Positions 33,716 through 41,808 of a stretch of DNA of 41,808 bases are shown piece by piece. Numbering within the stretch: the stretch's first letter is position 1; each line of letters starts with the position of its first letter. Under the pieces are notes generated by a model. It saw only the letters and a program-made list of their open reading frames with translations, did not search any database and was not told the origin of the DNA. The position numbers and the translations under genes are program-made. Source of the stretch: a virus (taxonomy: Duplodnaviria > Caudoviricetes); the IMG/VR virus record IMGVR_UViG_3300036773_000080, positions 1 to 41,808 of that record; one strand, given 5' to 3'.

Positions 33716-34330
33716 ATGGACTTCCCAAGTAACAGCGACAAGAGTAAAGAAGCGCCGCCGGAAGAGAAGGATCTCAAGCGCGTCACTTCTGGGACTGCTA
33801 CGCGGAGGAAGAAATCTCTCCGTAAACAGTTCTCAGAGACATTCGTTGCCGGAGACGCCAAGTCGGCACTCAATTATGTGCTATTTGATGTGCTGGTTCC
33901 CGCGGCCAAGGACATGATCACTGAGGCAGGGTCACAGGGCATCGAGAAGCTCATATTCGGCGACTCTCGACGCAAGGGCGCCGCTCCGCCCACCGCGGGA
34001 GCTCAGGGATATGTTAGCTACAACCGGTACGCCATGGGGAATAGGCAGTCCGCTCCACAGCGTGCCATGAGTCGTAGGGCAAGAGCCAGTCATGATTTCG
34101 ATGAGATCGTGCTGGATGAGCGAACCGAAGCTGAGGAAGTTATCGATCGTCTATTCGAGGTGGTGAGTCGATATGGATCAGCGACTGTGGCAGATCTTTA
34201 CGAACTGGTTGGTCTTCCGGGAACTCACACGGACAACAAGTGGGGCTGGCACGACCTTCGGGGTGCCGGGGTCTCCAGAGTTCGTGGTGGATTCCTACTT
34301 GATTTGCCGGAGCCTCAGCCCCTGGACTGA
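33716..34330 (+). CDS. hypothetical phage protein
   Basis: SD AAGGA; FPSNS, LVPAAKD and YGSATVADLYELVG...KWGW motifs. Confidence 0.8.
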   Translation: MDFPSNSDKSKEAPPEEKDLKRVTSGTATRRKKSLRKQFSETFVAGDAKSALNYVLFDVLVPAAKDMITEAGSQGIEKLIFGDSRRKGAAPPTAGAQGYVSYNRYAMGNRQSAPQRAMSRRARASHDFDEIVLDERTEAEEVIDRLFEVVSRYGSATVADLYELVGLPGTHTDNKWGWHDLRGAGVSRVRGGFLLDLPEPQPLD

Positions 34331-34512
34331 TGCCACCTAACATCGAGTATATGCGTGCAGAAGTACGTGCCATGTACCCCTATCCTGGGTGGCGTAAGAA
34401 AGTAGCAAAGATGTCCGATGGGCAAGTAATGGCCATATATTTGAAGGAGCAGAACAAGCCTAAAAAGAAGCCCGACGAAGATCCAAGACCACCCGACGAT
34501 ATTCCATTCTAA
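34330..34512 (+). CDS. 60-aa hypothetical protein
   Basis: TGATG coupling; YPYPGWRKKVAKMSDGQVMAIY; ends in DDIPF. Confidence 0.7.
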   Translation: MPPNIEYMRAEVRAMYPYPGWRKKVAKMSDGQVMAIYLKEQNKPKKKPDEDPRPPDDIPF

Positions 34513-34522
34513 AGGAGACATT

Positions 34523-35440
34523 ATGAAGTTCCTACCAGAGGGAGCCAGCCGCATGGTGGCTCGACAGGCATTGAAGGCGAATATGAATTCGCCCCAGTTG
34601 CTGTTCGCTGCCGGTGTCGGTGGCATGGTCGCCAGCACCGTGTTGGCGTGCAAGGCCACACTGAAGGTTGAGGAGATTCTGATCACGGGTCAGAGCAACC
34701 TCAATGTGGCGAAGAGCCTTCGCGACGAGCGCTACAGCGAGAGGGATCGCCAGCGTGACATCGCCATCATCTACACGCGCACCGTTGTCGGTGTGAGTCG
34801 TCTCTATGCTCCGGCGATCATCGTCGGTGTTGCTTCTGTGGCTGCACTCACCAAGTCCCAGAACATTCTCAGCGAGCGCAATGCCGCGCTCACGGCAGCC
34901 TATGCTGCTTTGGATAAGGGCTTCCAGCAGTATCGAGCCCGTGTTGTTGAGAAATACGGTGAGGAAGAGGATCGCAACTTCCGCTACGGAGCGGAGCGTG
35001 TGGACGTTCTGGACGAGGAGACCGGTCGCACCCACAAGGCGACTCGTGTCGGTCCGGACGGAGCATCTGTCTATGCCAGGTTCTTCGATCCGATGTCGAC
35101 CTCCTGGTCGAAGGAGCCGGAGTACAACCTCGTGTTCCTGAGGTGTCAGCAGAACTATGCCAACGACATGCTGAGAGCTCGCGGGCATCTGTTCCTGAAC
35201 GAGGTCTACGACATGCTCGGGATTCCTCGCAGCAAGGCCGGGTCAGTGGTCGGCTGGGTCATGAGTCGAGATGGTTCGTCCGACAACTACGTGACCTTTG
35301 GGATCTTCGACGATGAGTGGAATGCCCGCGATTTCGTCAACGGTCGTGAAGGGTCGATTCTCCTCGACTTCAATGTCGACGGCGTCATCTTCGACAAGAT
35401 TGATGGGAATTCGGAGGAGTTGTCATGGCAGAAGTCGTAG
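34523..35440 (+). CDS. DUF6353-like phage protein, paralog 2
   Basis: SPQLLFAAGVGG...ACKAT...LYAPAI...RNAALTAAY...GHLFLNEVYDMLG...VVGW...LDFNVDG. Confidence 0.75.
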   Translation: MKFLPEGASRMVARQALKANMNSPQLLFAAGVGGMVASTVLACKATLKVEEILITGQSNLNVAKSLRDERYSERDRQRDIAIIYTRTVVGVSRLYAPAIIVGVASVAALTKSQNILSERNAALTAAYAALDKGFQQYRARVVEKYGEEEDRNFRYGAERVDVLDEETGRTHKATRVGPDGASVYARFFDPMSTSWSKEPEYNLVFLRCQQNYANDMLRARGHLFLNEVYDMLGIPRSKAGSVVGWVMSRDGSSDNYVTFGIFDDEWNARDFVNGREGSILLDFNVDGVIFDKIDGNSEELSWQKS

Positions 35441-36252
35441 AAACTGTGGCCGAGGGAATCGAGGCCGTTGCGGATGAGCTCGACGATGTTGCCGAGGTCA
35501 CCCGCGGTTTGACGGGGCAGGATCTGAGTCTCATCGCTGGTGGATTCCTCATCGGATTCGCGGCAGGTTATAATTTCGCCAAGAGGCGTCTAATCACGAA
35601 GTACGACACCCTGACTGCGGACACGATCGACAAGATGCGTGACCACTATAAAGAGAAGGAAATGCAGCTCAACGCGGAGATCGAGAAGGTTCGCACCGGG
35701 CCCAAGCCTCCGATCTCGAAGGTCATGGAGGATCTCGGCTACGACTCAGCAACCACGGATCCGAATCCAACTCGATATTCCGAGATCGAGCAGAACGCGA
35801 TCAACGAAGTCGAGGAGGCTCACAAGCCGGAAGTTCAGAACGTCTTCGAGGAGGCGGAACGAAACCCGGCACCGGTTCAGACCTGGGACTATGCCACCGA
35901 GGTCAAGGCCCGAGTGCCTCATCTGCCGTATGTCATCCACGTCGACGAGTTCACTCAGAACGAGAATGACTTCGAGCAGGTGAGTTACGTCTGGTATGAG
36001 CAGGATCAGATTCTCGCTGACAGCGCGGACGTGGCCATCGAGAATTTCGAGCAGATGGTTGGGCTCGAGAACATCAAATTCGGACACGGGTCGAATGACC
36101 CGAATGTCGTATATGTGAGGAACGACAAAATGCATCTCGATATCGAAGTAGTGCGTAATAGGGGGAGCTATGGCGAGGAAGTTCATGGTGTCATCCGACA
36201 CAGCTCGCAGAGGCACATCCGAACGAGTAGGAAATTCGACGACGATGAGTAG
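35425..36252 (+). CDS. hypothetical phage protein (TM + coiled coil + acidic domain)
   Basis: SD GGAGGAG; PYVI..DEF...D.ILAD...FG.GS.DPNVVYVRN. Confidence 0.75.
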   Translation: MAEVVETVAEGIEAVADELDDVAEVTRGLTGQDLSLIAGGFLIGFAAGYNFAKRRLITKYDTLTADTIDKMRDHYKEKEMQLNAEIEKVRTGPKPPISKVMEDLGYDSATTDPNPTRYSEIEQNAINEVEEAHKPEVQNVFEEAERNPAPVQTWDYATEVKARVPHLPYVIHVDEFTQNENDFEQVSYVWYEQDQILADSADVAIENFEQMVGLENIKFGHGSNDPNVVYVRNDKMHLDIEVVRNRGSYGEEVHGVIRHSSQRHIRTSRKFDDDE

Positions 36253-36766
36253 GAAGTTCGACGAATCATATTTCCGTTGGCTTCTCTTTCAGATTCATGA
36301 GGACAGAAATGTCGCCATGAGCTATATGCCTATGCTGAGAATTCTTCATGATGTGGAGTTCGTATGGATCGTGGCCAATGATGACAATCGGCTTGAAGAT
36401 GGACGAGATCTTAGGTCTGAATATACCCAAGCGTCCCGTCACATATTTGATGATCATGCCATTACCGTCCTCGAAGTATTGGTTGCTCTTGCACGTCGAG
36501 TTGCTTTCAATGCGGGTGGTGAACCTGAGCATTGGTGCTGGGTACTCATCCATAATCTCGGTCTTGATAAGTACCGTGAGAACTTGACAGAGAGGCAAGC
36601 CAACCGAATCCTCGACATCGTTGAGAAGCTCATCTGGAGGAACTATCACCCCAATGGCAAGGGTGGTTTCTTCCCGCTGAAACATACGACCGAAGATCAG
36701 AGGAAGGTCGAGATCTGGTACCAAATGAGTGCGTACATCAACGAGAGGAACGCACGCGCATCCTGA
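36245..36766 (+). CDS. hypothetical phage protein
   Basis: ATG 36245 overlaps the upstream stop; YFRWL...DDNRLEDGRDLR...GKGGFFPL...DQRKVEIWYQM. Confidence 0.75.
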   Translation: MSRKFDESYFRWLLFQIHEDRNVAMSYMPMLRILHDVEFVWIVANDDNRLEDGRDLRSEYTQASRHIFDDHAITVLEVLVALARRVAFNAGGEPEHWCWVLIHNLGLDKYRENLTERQANRILDIVEKLIWRNYHPNGKGGFFPLKHTTEDQRKVEIWYQMSAYINERNARAS

Positions 36767-36789
36767 GAGATCCTCAGAAAGGAGGTTGA

Positions 36790-39700
36790 ATGGATTTCTA
36801 TCAGGTCCTTACTAGAGAGACAAAAGATAAAACAATGGAGTTGTACCCCGACTTCATTGTGGGTCGTTCTCAGGATCTGATGGTTCAAGGTCGAACCTTC
36901 TACGCCATTTGGGACCAAGAACGAGGGCTATGGTCTCGAGACGAGTATGACGTACAGAGACTCGTCGATGAACACCTGCAGCGTGAAGCTGACAGATTGT
37001 TTGCCGATACTGGCATTCGCTATCAAGTTCGATATTTGCGATCGTTCAATTCAAATTCATGGACGCAATTCAAGAAATTCTTAGCGAATCTCAGTGACAA
37101 CAGTCACCCATTGGACTCGAAGGTTCTCTTCGCCAACTCCGAGGTAAAGAAGACAGATTATGCCAGTCGACGTCTTTCCTACTCAATCGATGATCAAAGT
37201 GATTCAGCAGCTTGGGAAGAGTTACTCGGAACTCTTTATGCAAGTGACGAACGCGCTAAGATCGAGTGGGCAATTGGCTCGATCGTTGCAGGGGACTCGA
37301 AGAGGATCCAGAAATTCCTGGTCCTTTACGGTCCGGCAGGGACCGGGAAGTCTACGATCCTCAACATTATTCAAAAGCTCTTTGAGGGATACACGACCAC
37401 TTTCGATGGCAAGGCACTCGGCAGTTCGTCGGGTACCTTTGCAACGGAAGCATTCAAGACCAACCCTCTAGTTGCGATCCAGCACGATGGAGATCTGTCA
37501 AAGCTGGAGGACAACACTCGACTGAATTCAATCATCTCTCACGAGTCGATGATGATGAATGAGAAGTACAAGCCGAGTTACACAGCGAGAGCTGAAGCTA
37601 TGCTGTTCATAGGATCCAATCAGCCGGTGAAGATAACTGACGCCAAATCGGGGATTATCCGGCGGTTGATCGATGTGCATCCGACGGGAGTTCGATTCCC
37701 GATTCGGAGATATCAGACACTGATGAGTCAGATCGAATTCGAGCTCGGTCGCATAGCTCGTCATTGCCTGGACGTATATTTGGAGATGGGCAAGAATTAC
37801 TACAATGCCTACCGTCCTGTTCAGATGATCTATCAGACGGACGTATTCTTCAATTTCATCGAGGCGTACTATGATCTGTTCAAGAAACAGGACAATACGA
37901 CCTTGAAACAGGCGTACACCTTATACAAGGAGTACTGCAACGACAGTGGTATCGACAGGCCGATGCCACAATACAAGATGCGCGAGGAGCTTCGTAACTA
38001 CTTCGATGACTTCAAAGATCGAGGTGAGATCGATGGAGAACGCGTACGTAGTCTGTATTCCGGTTTCAACGCAGAGAAGTTCAAGACGCAGACGGTCAAG
38101 GATGATCCAGCCGCCTTTTCACTAGTTATGGAGGAGACTGAATCACTGCTGGACCAGGTGTTTGCTACTCAGCCAGCACAGTATGCCACTGAGCAGGGAA
38201 CTCCTGTGAAGAAATGGTCTGGTGTCAAAAGCTCGCTAATAGATATTGACACGCGTAAATTACATTTCCTAAAGGTACCTGAAAATCACATCGTGATCGA
38301 CTTCGACCTAAAGGATGAAAACGGCCATAAAGCACTTGAACGAAACCTCGAAGCGGCGAGCGCCTGGCCCGCGACGTATGGTGAGTTATCGCAATCCGGA
38401 AAAGGGGTTCATCTCCATTACACGTATACCGGTCAAATCAGGGAGCTCGAGAATCAGTTCTCTGAGGGAATTGAAATCAAAACGTATGTCGGAGATGCAG
38501 CACTTCGCAGAAAACTGTCGTACTGTAATGCAGTCCATATCTCGGAGATAAGCAGCGGACTTCCGCTCAAGAAGAAAAAGGAGAAGATGCTCAAAGCTAA
38601 GACCATCACAAGTGAAAAGGGCCTCCGAGATCTGATCGAGCGGAATCTCAAGAAGGAGATTCATCCGGGAACAAAACCGTCTGTGGATTTCATTGCGAAG
38701 ATCCTAGGCGATGCGTACGAAGATGGCTTGGTGTTTGACGTAACCGATCTCCGGCCACGGGTTATGGCTTTCGCCAACAACTCAACCCATCAAGCTGGTA
38801 ATTGTCTGAAGGTAGTGCAAGGAATGAGATGGTCGTCAGAGCCAGAGTTGGGCTCGGATCTCGAAGTGGTAGTAGACGACGATCGCATGGTCTTGTTCGA
38901 CGTGGAAGTCTACCCGAATCTTCTCGTCATCTGCTGGAAGTTCAGAGGAGATGACAACGTCGTCAAGATGATCAATCCCACGCCTCATGAAGTCGAGGCG
39001 CTGTTCAAGCTCAAGCTTGTCGGATTCTACAATCGTAGATACGACAACCATATTCTCTACGCAGCAGCAATGGGATACGACAATGCCCGGCTCTTCAAGT
39101 TGAGTCAGGACATGATCGTGGAGAACAAGAAGGGTGCCACTTTCGGCGCAGCCTACAACTTGTCCTATGCCGACATTTGGGACTTCAGTTCGATCAAGCA
39201 GAGCTTGAAGAAATTCGAGATCGATCTTGGGGTGCACCACATGGAACTGGACCTTCCATGGGATGAATCGGTGGACGAGAAGGATTGGCCGAGAGTCGTG
39301 GAGTACTGCGTCAATGACGTGAGGGCCACTGAGGCAGTTCTCGAAGATCGTTGGGAGGATTTCATCGCACGTCAGATTCTGGCGGAGCTCAGTGGATTGG
39401 AGGTGAATGATTCCACCCAACGACACACAGCGAAGATCATATTCGGTGATGATACGAATCCTCATCGACAGTTTGTATACACGGATCTGAGTCAGGAGTT
39501 TCCCGGGTACAAGTTCGAAGCTGGAAAGAGCTCGTACAAGGGTGAGGATCCGGGGGAAGGTGGTTATGTATATTCTGAACCTGGTATATACGAAGAAATC
39601 GCTCTACTTGATATTGTATCTATGCATCCTGCGTCAATTAAGGCGCTAAAACTATTTGGTAGATACACCGACAAGTTCGTAGAGCTTATGAAGGTGAGAA

Positions 39701-40539
39701 TGGCTATCAAGCGTAAAGACTACGCGGCCGCCCGTGAGATGCTTGACGGGCGGCTAAGGCCATATCTCGAAGATGAAGACCGAGCCGACAAGCTGGCCTA
39801 TGCGCTCAAGATCGTTATCAACATTGTTTATGGATTGACGTCGGCCAAGTTCGACAATCCTTTCCGTGACATCCGGAATGTTGACAACATCGTGGCCAAG
39901 CGTGGCGCTCTATTTATGATCGATTTGAAGGAAGATCTGCAGGACCAAGGTAAGCAGGTCGTCCACATCAAGACTGATTCGATCAAGATTCCCCACGCGG
40001 ATGAATCAACGATCAGTCATGTGAAAACAGTAGGGTCGTTCTATGGCTACGAATTCGAGCACGAAGCCACATACGACAAGTTGTGTCTGGTGAACGACGC
40101 AGTTTACGTCGCAAGGAAGGGCGACGAGTGGATTGCAGTTGGATCTCAGTTCCAACATCCCTATGTTTTCAAGAGCTTGTTCTCGAATGAGGAGATCGTA
40201 TTCGACGATCTCTGTGAAAGTCGCAGTGTTGTACAGGGAACTATGTACCTCGATACGAAAGAACGTGCCGAGGACGAAGCCCTTGTTTATAGCGATATGC
40301 GCCATCTTGGGCGCACTGGTCGTTTTGTACCTGTTCTGGAGGGCGGAGGTACTCTCTACCGGGTGAAGGACGATCGTTACTACGCGGTATCAGGGACCAA
40401 GGGACATAAATGGATGGACGCGGAAGTCGCCAAGGACATCCCTGATTTGAAAGTGGACATGTCGTATTTCGAGAAATTGAAGGACACAGCCATCAAAGCC
40501 ATCGAGGAGTTCGGGCCGTTCGAGGAGTTCGTGAAATGA
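36790..40539 (+). CDS. SF3 helicase - AEP primase - family B DNA polymerase fusion
   Basis: GPAGTGKS (aa 181-188), IQHDGD, FIGSN; IDFD (504-506), SQSGKGVHLHY; Exo DVE (704), YNRRYD, YCVND; PolB DIVSMHP (941), KIVINIVYG, HIKTDS (D1063). Confidence 0.92.
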   Translation: MDFYQVLTRETKDKTMELYPDFIVGRSQDLMVQGRTFYAIWDQERGLWSRDEYDVQRLVDEHLQREADRLFADTGIRYQVRYLRSFNSNSWTQFKKFLANLSDNSHPLDSKVLFANSEVKKTDYASRRLSYSIDDQSDSAAWEELLGTLYASDERAKIEWAIGSIVAGDSKRIQKFLVLYGPAGTGKSTILNIIQKLFEGYTTTFDGKALGSSSGTFATEAFKTNPLVAIQHDGDLSKLEDNTRLNSIISHESMMMNEKYKPSYTARAEAMLFIGSNQPVKITDAKSGIIRRLIDVHPTGVRFPIRRYQTLMSQIEFELGRIARHCLDVYLEMGKNYYNAYRPVQMIYQTDVFFNFIEAYYDLFKKQDNTTLKQAYTLYKEYCNDSGIDRPMPQYKMREELRNYFDDFKDRGEIDGERVRSLYSGFNAEKFKTQTVKDDPAAFSLVMEETESLLDQVFATQPAQYATEQGTPVKKWSGVKSSLIDIDTRKLHFLKVPENHIVIDFDLKDENGHKALERNLEAASAWPATYGELSQSGKGVHLHYTYTGQIRELENQFSEGIEIKTYVGDAALRRKLSYCNAVHISEISSGLPLKKKKEKMLKAKTITSEKGLRDLIERNLKKEIHPGTKPSVDFIAKILGDAYEDGLVFDVTDLRPRVMAFANNSTHQAGNCLKVVQGMRWSSEPELGSDLEVVVDDDRMVLFDVEVYPNLLVICWKFRGDDNVVKMINPTPHEVEALFKLKLVGFYNRRYDNHILYAAAMGYDNARLFKLSQDMIVENKKGATFGAAYNLSYADIWDFSSIKQSLKKFEIDLGVHHMELDLPWDESVDEKDWPRVVEYCVNDVRATEAVLEDRWEDFIARQILAELSGLEVNDSTQRHTAKIIFGDDTNPHRQFVYTDLSQEFPGYKFEAGKSSYKGEDPGEGGYVYSEPGIYEEIALLDIVSMHPASIKALKLFGRYTDKFVELMKVRMAIKRKDYAAAREMLDGRLRPYLEDEDRADKLAYALKIVINIVYGLTSAKFDNPFRDIRNVDNIVAKRGALFMIDLKEDLQDQGKQVVHIKTDSIKIPHADESTISHVKTVGSFYGYEFEHEATYDKLCLVNDAVYVARKGDEWIAVGSQFQHPYVFKSLFSNEEIVFDDLCESRSVVQGTMYLDTKERAEDEALVYSDMRHLGRTGRFVPVLEGGGTLYRVKDDRYYAVSGTKGHKWMDAEVAKDIPDLKVDMSYFEKLKDTAIKAIEEFGPFEEFVK

Positions 40540-40724
40540 GCGGAGTTGAGATTCACCTCAACGTCAACAACGTGAAGATGGACAGTAATGTCGCAGTCAA
40601 ACAAATCAACGCGTATCATGAGCTGTTGATGGCCGATCATCTACGTGGTCGACATCCATATGGACGAATGCGTAGAGATTGTCCACTGTGTATCTCAACT
40701 CATAGGACTCTAGATGAAGCATAA
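40536..40724 (+). CDS. 62-aa hypothetical protein with H..H..CPLC
   Basis: ATGA overlap with the polymerase stop; possible metal-binding residues. Confidence 0.6.
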   Translation: MSGVEIHLNVNNVKMDSNVAVKQINAYHELLMADHLRGRHPYGRMRRDCPLCISTHRTLDEA

Positions 40725-41115
40725 CTGGCGTGCACTATTGCAGTACGAGTTGACTGATCAGGAAGCTCGTCAGATGGTACAAGGTTATGGTCATCCCGAA
40801 GTGGATGATGCTCCTATCACCTTGCTCGCCAACGATGAGCGACCTCCAGTGGGCGACCCCAGAGTCTTTCTCGGGACACACAACATGCTCCGAAATGAGA
40901 CTCTGGTCGTCTGCTGGACCTGTGAGCTGGCCTGGGATCCTGAAATAGCGTCTCAGCCTTGTAAGGGTGAATCCGCACTTCCAGCCGATCTGGGAACTCT
41001 TGGACCCAAACCGCCTTTGGGTAATGTGGATCTGGGATTGGTTGAAGTGGGACGAAATGATCCGTGCCCTTGCGGCTCGGGTAAGAAATTCAAACGATGT
41101 CATGGAGCGAATTAA
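40714..41115 (+). CDS. SEC-C motif protein
   Basis: C-terminal [20 protein letters not shown] is a canonical SEC-C metal-binding motif; additional H...CWTC...C. Confidence 0.85.
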   Translation: MKHNWRALLQYELTDQEARQMVQGYGHPEVDDAPITLLANDERPPVGDPRVFLGTHNMLRNETLVVCWTCELAWDPEIASQPCKGESALPADLGTLGPKPPLGNVDLGLVEVGRNDPCPCGSGKKFKRCHGAN

Positions 41116-41336
41116 TGGAGAGACCCATCACTATTAGAAACGAAATTAACGAAGTTCTTACCCTGATCGAGATTGCTATGGATAAAGCAAGAGAAGAAGC
41201 TATCTCAATGGGCATCGATGTAATGGAACTTAGAACGTCTGACGGCAGATGGGTAATGCACGGGTTGTTGGCTACTAAAGTTCAAGCAACCCATTCGCTT
41301 CTGTTACTCGATCTCGTAGAACAGGGAAAGGCTTAG
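41115..41336 (+). CDS. 73-aa hypothetical protein
   Basis: TAATG coupling to the SEC-C gene. Confidence 0.65.
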   Translation: MERPITIRNEINEVLTLIEIAMDKAREEAISMGIDVMELRTSDGRWVMHGLLATKVQATHSLLLLDLVEQGKA

Positions 41337-41338
41337 TT

Positions 41339-41808
41339 ATGCCGCAAGATAACACCGTCCTGATGGAAGGCGTTCGCATCGTCTTTCGCAACTTCACCGG
41401 TAAAGAAGGACAGTACAACCGGGAAGGCGATCGCAATTTCGCGGTGCTTCTCGATGACGAGGTCGCGAATGCGATGGACGCTGATGGATGGAACATCAAG
41501 TGGCTCAAGCCTCGAGAGGATGACGAAGACGAAAGTCAGCAGGCTTACCTGCAGGTTGCCGTCAACTTCAAAGGTAGGCCACCACGGATCGTGGTCATCA
41601 CATCACGTGGACGTACCAATTTGGATGAAGACTCAATCGAGATGCTCGACTGGGCCGACATCAAGAATGTGGATCTCATCGTGCGCCCCTATGAATGGTC
41701 GGTCAATGGCAAGACCGGCATCAAGGCATACCTACAGAGCATTTATGTGACCATCGAAGAGGATGCTCTCGAGCTCAAGTATGCGGAATTGGACGAGGCG
41801 CGGATGCC
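41339..41808 (+). CDS. ssb: single-stranded DNA-binding protein (158 aa, completed across the junction at 128-134)
   Basis: MPQDNTVLMEGVRIVFRNFTGKEGQYNREGDRNF...GWNIK...[27 protein letters not shown] resembles T7 gp2.5-type OB-fold SSBs. Missing from the track because there is no stop before the window end. Confidence 0.75.
   Translation, partial: MPQDNTVLMEGVRIVFRNFTGKEGQYNREGDRNFAVLLDDEVANAMDADGWNIKWLKPREDDEDESQQAYLQVAVNFKGRPPRIVVITSRGRTNLDEDSIEMLDWADIKNVDLIVRPYEWSVNGKTGIKAYLQSIYVTIEEDALELKYAELDEARM
41682..41808. repeat. 127-bp terminal direct repeat, right copy
   Basis: Identical to 1-127. Confidence 0.95.

Noticed and set aside
34330-34512. SSB call from the C-terminal DDIPF
   Set aside because: Only 60 aa with no OB fold. 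The tail may mimic an SSB C-terminal tip, but five residues are too little to claim.
1-41808. Lysogeny module or alternative genetic code
   Set aside because: No integrase, ParA or repressor recognised; genes are full length under code 11 and use all three stop codons.

Overview
The window is an apparently complete, circularly assembled tailed-phage genome of 41,681 unique bp. Bases 1-127 are repeated exactly at 41682-41808, most likely a k=127 assembly overlap. Every credible gene is on the + strand. I found no integrase, repressor, tRNA or CRISPR array, so the phage is probably lytic. An Rpf-family gene points to an Actinomycetota host (inference). Gene order from the probable cos end at ~7935: TerS, HNH, acidic protein, NlpC/P60 endolysin, adaptor, TerL, portal, protease-major capsid fusion, neck, two tail-tube paralogs, a LamG receptor-binding cassette, tape measure, Dit, Tal-like protein, holin, an early block of small and paralogous genes, a 1249-aa SF3 helicase-AEP primase-PolB fusion, a SEC-C protein, SSB (spanning the junction), stand-alone Rpf, SF2 helicase, a candidate origin, NUMOD4/HNH, VRR-NUC, a Cas4-like nuclease and an 888-aa protein. 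From memory, this layout resembles the AU/AM/BI/CC/DJ/EL-type actinobacteriophages; that was not checked. The main discovery is the 888-aa protein (4916-7582). It looks superficially like an HTH protein but carries, in the right order, the motifs of a single-chain two-barrel RNA polymerase of the YonO / eukaryotic RdRP type (DG...QVR...KG; RYP...GADFDGD; MGNVTN...HS..VID..K.G). It is flanked by three HTH motifs and has an N-terminal LxH-G tag shared with virion proteins. A repeated TCGC(A/G)-N14-TATA(A/G)T element, always paired with an inverted repeat, is a candidate cognate promoter. Several structured non-coding RNA candidates also occur. All assignments come from reading motifs by eye; no database searches or folding programs were run.
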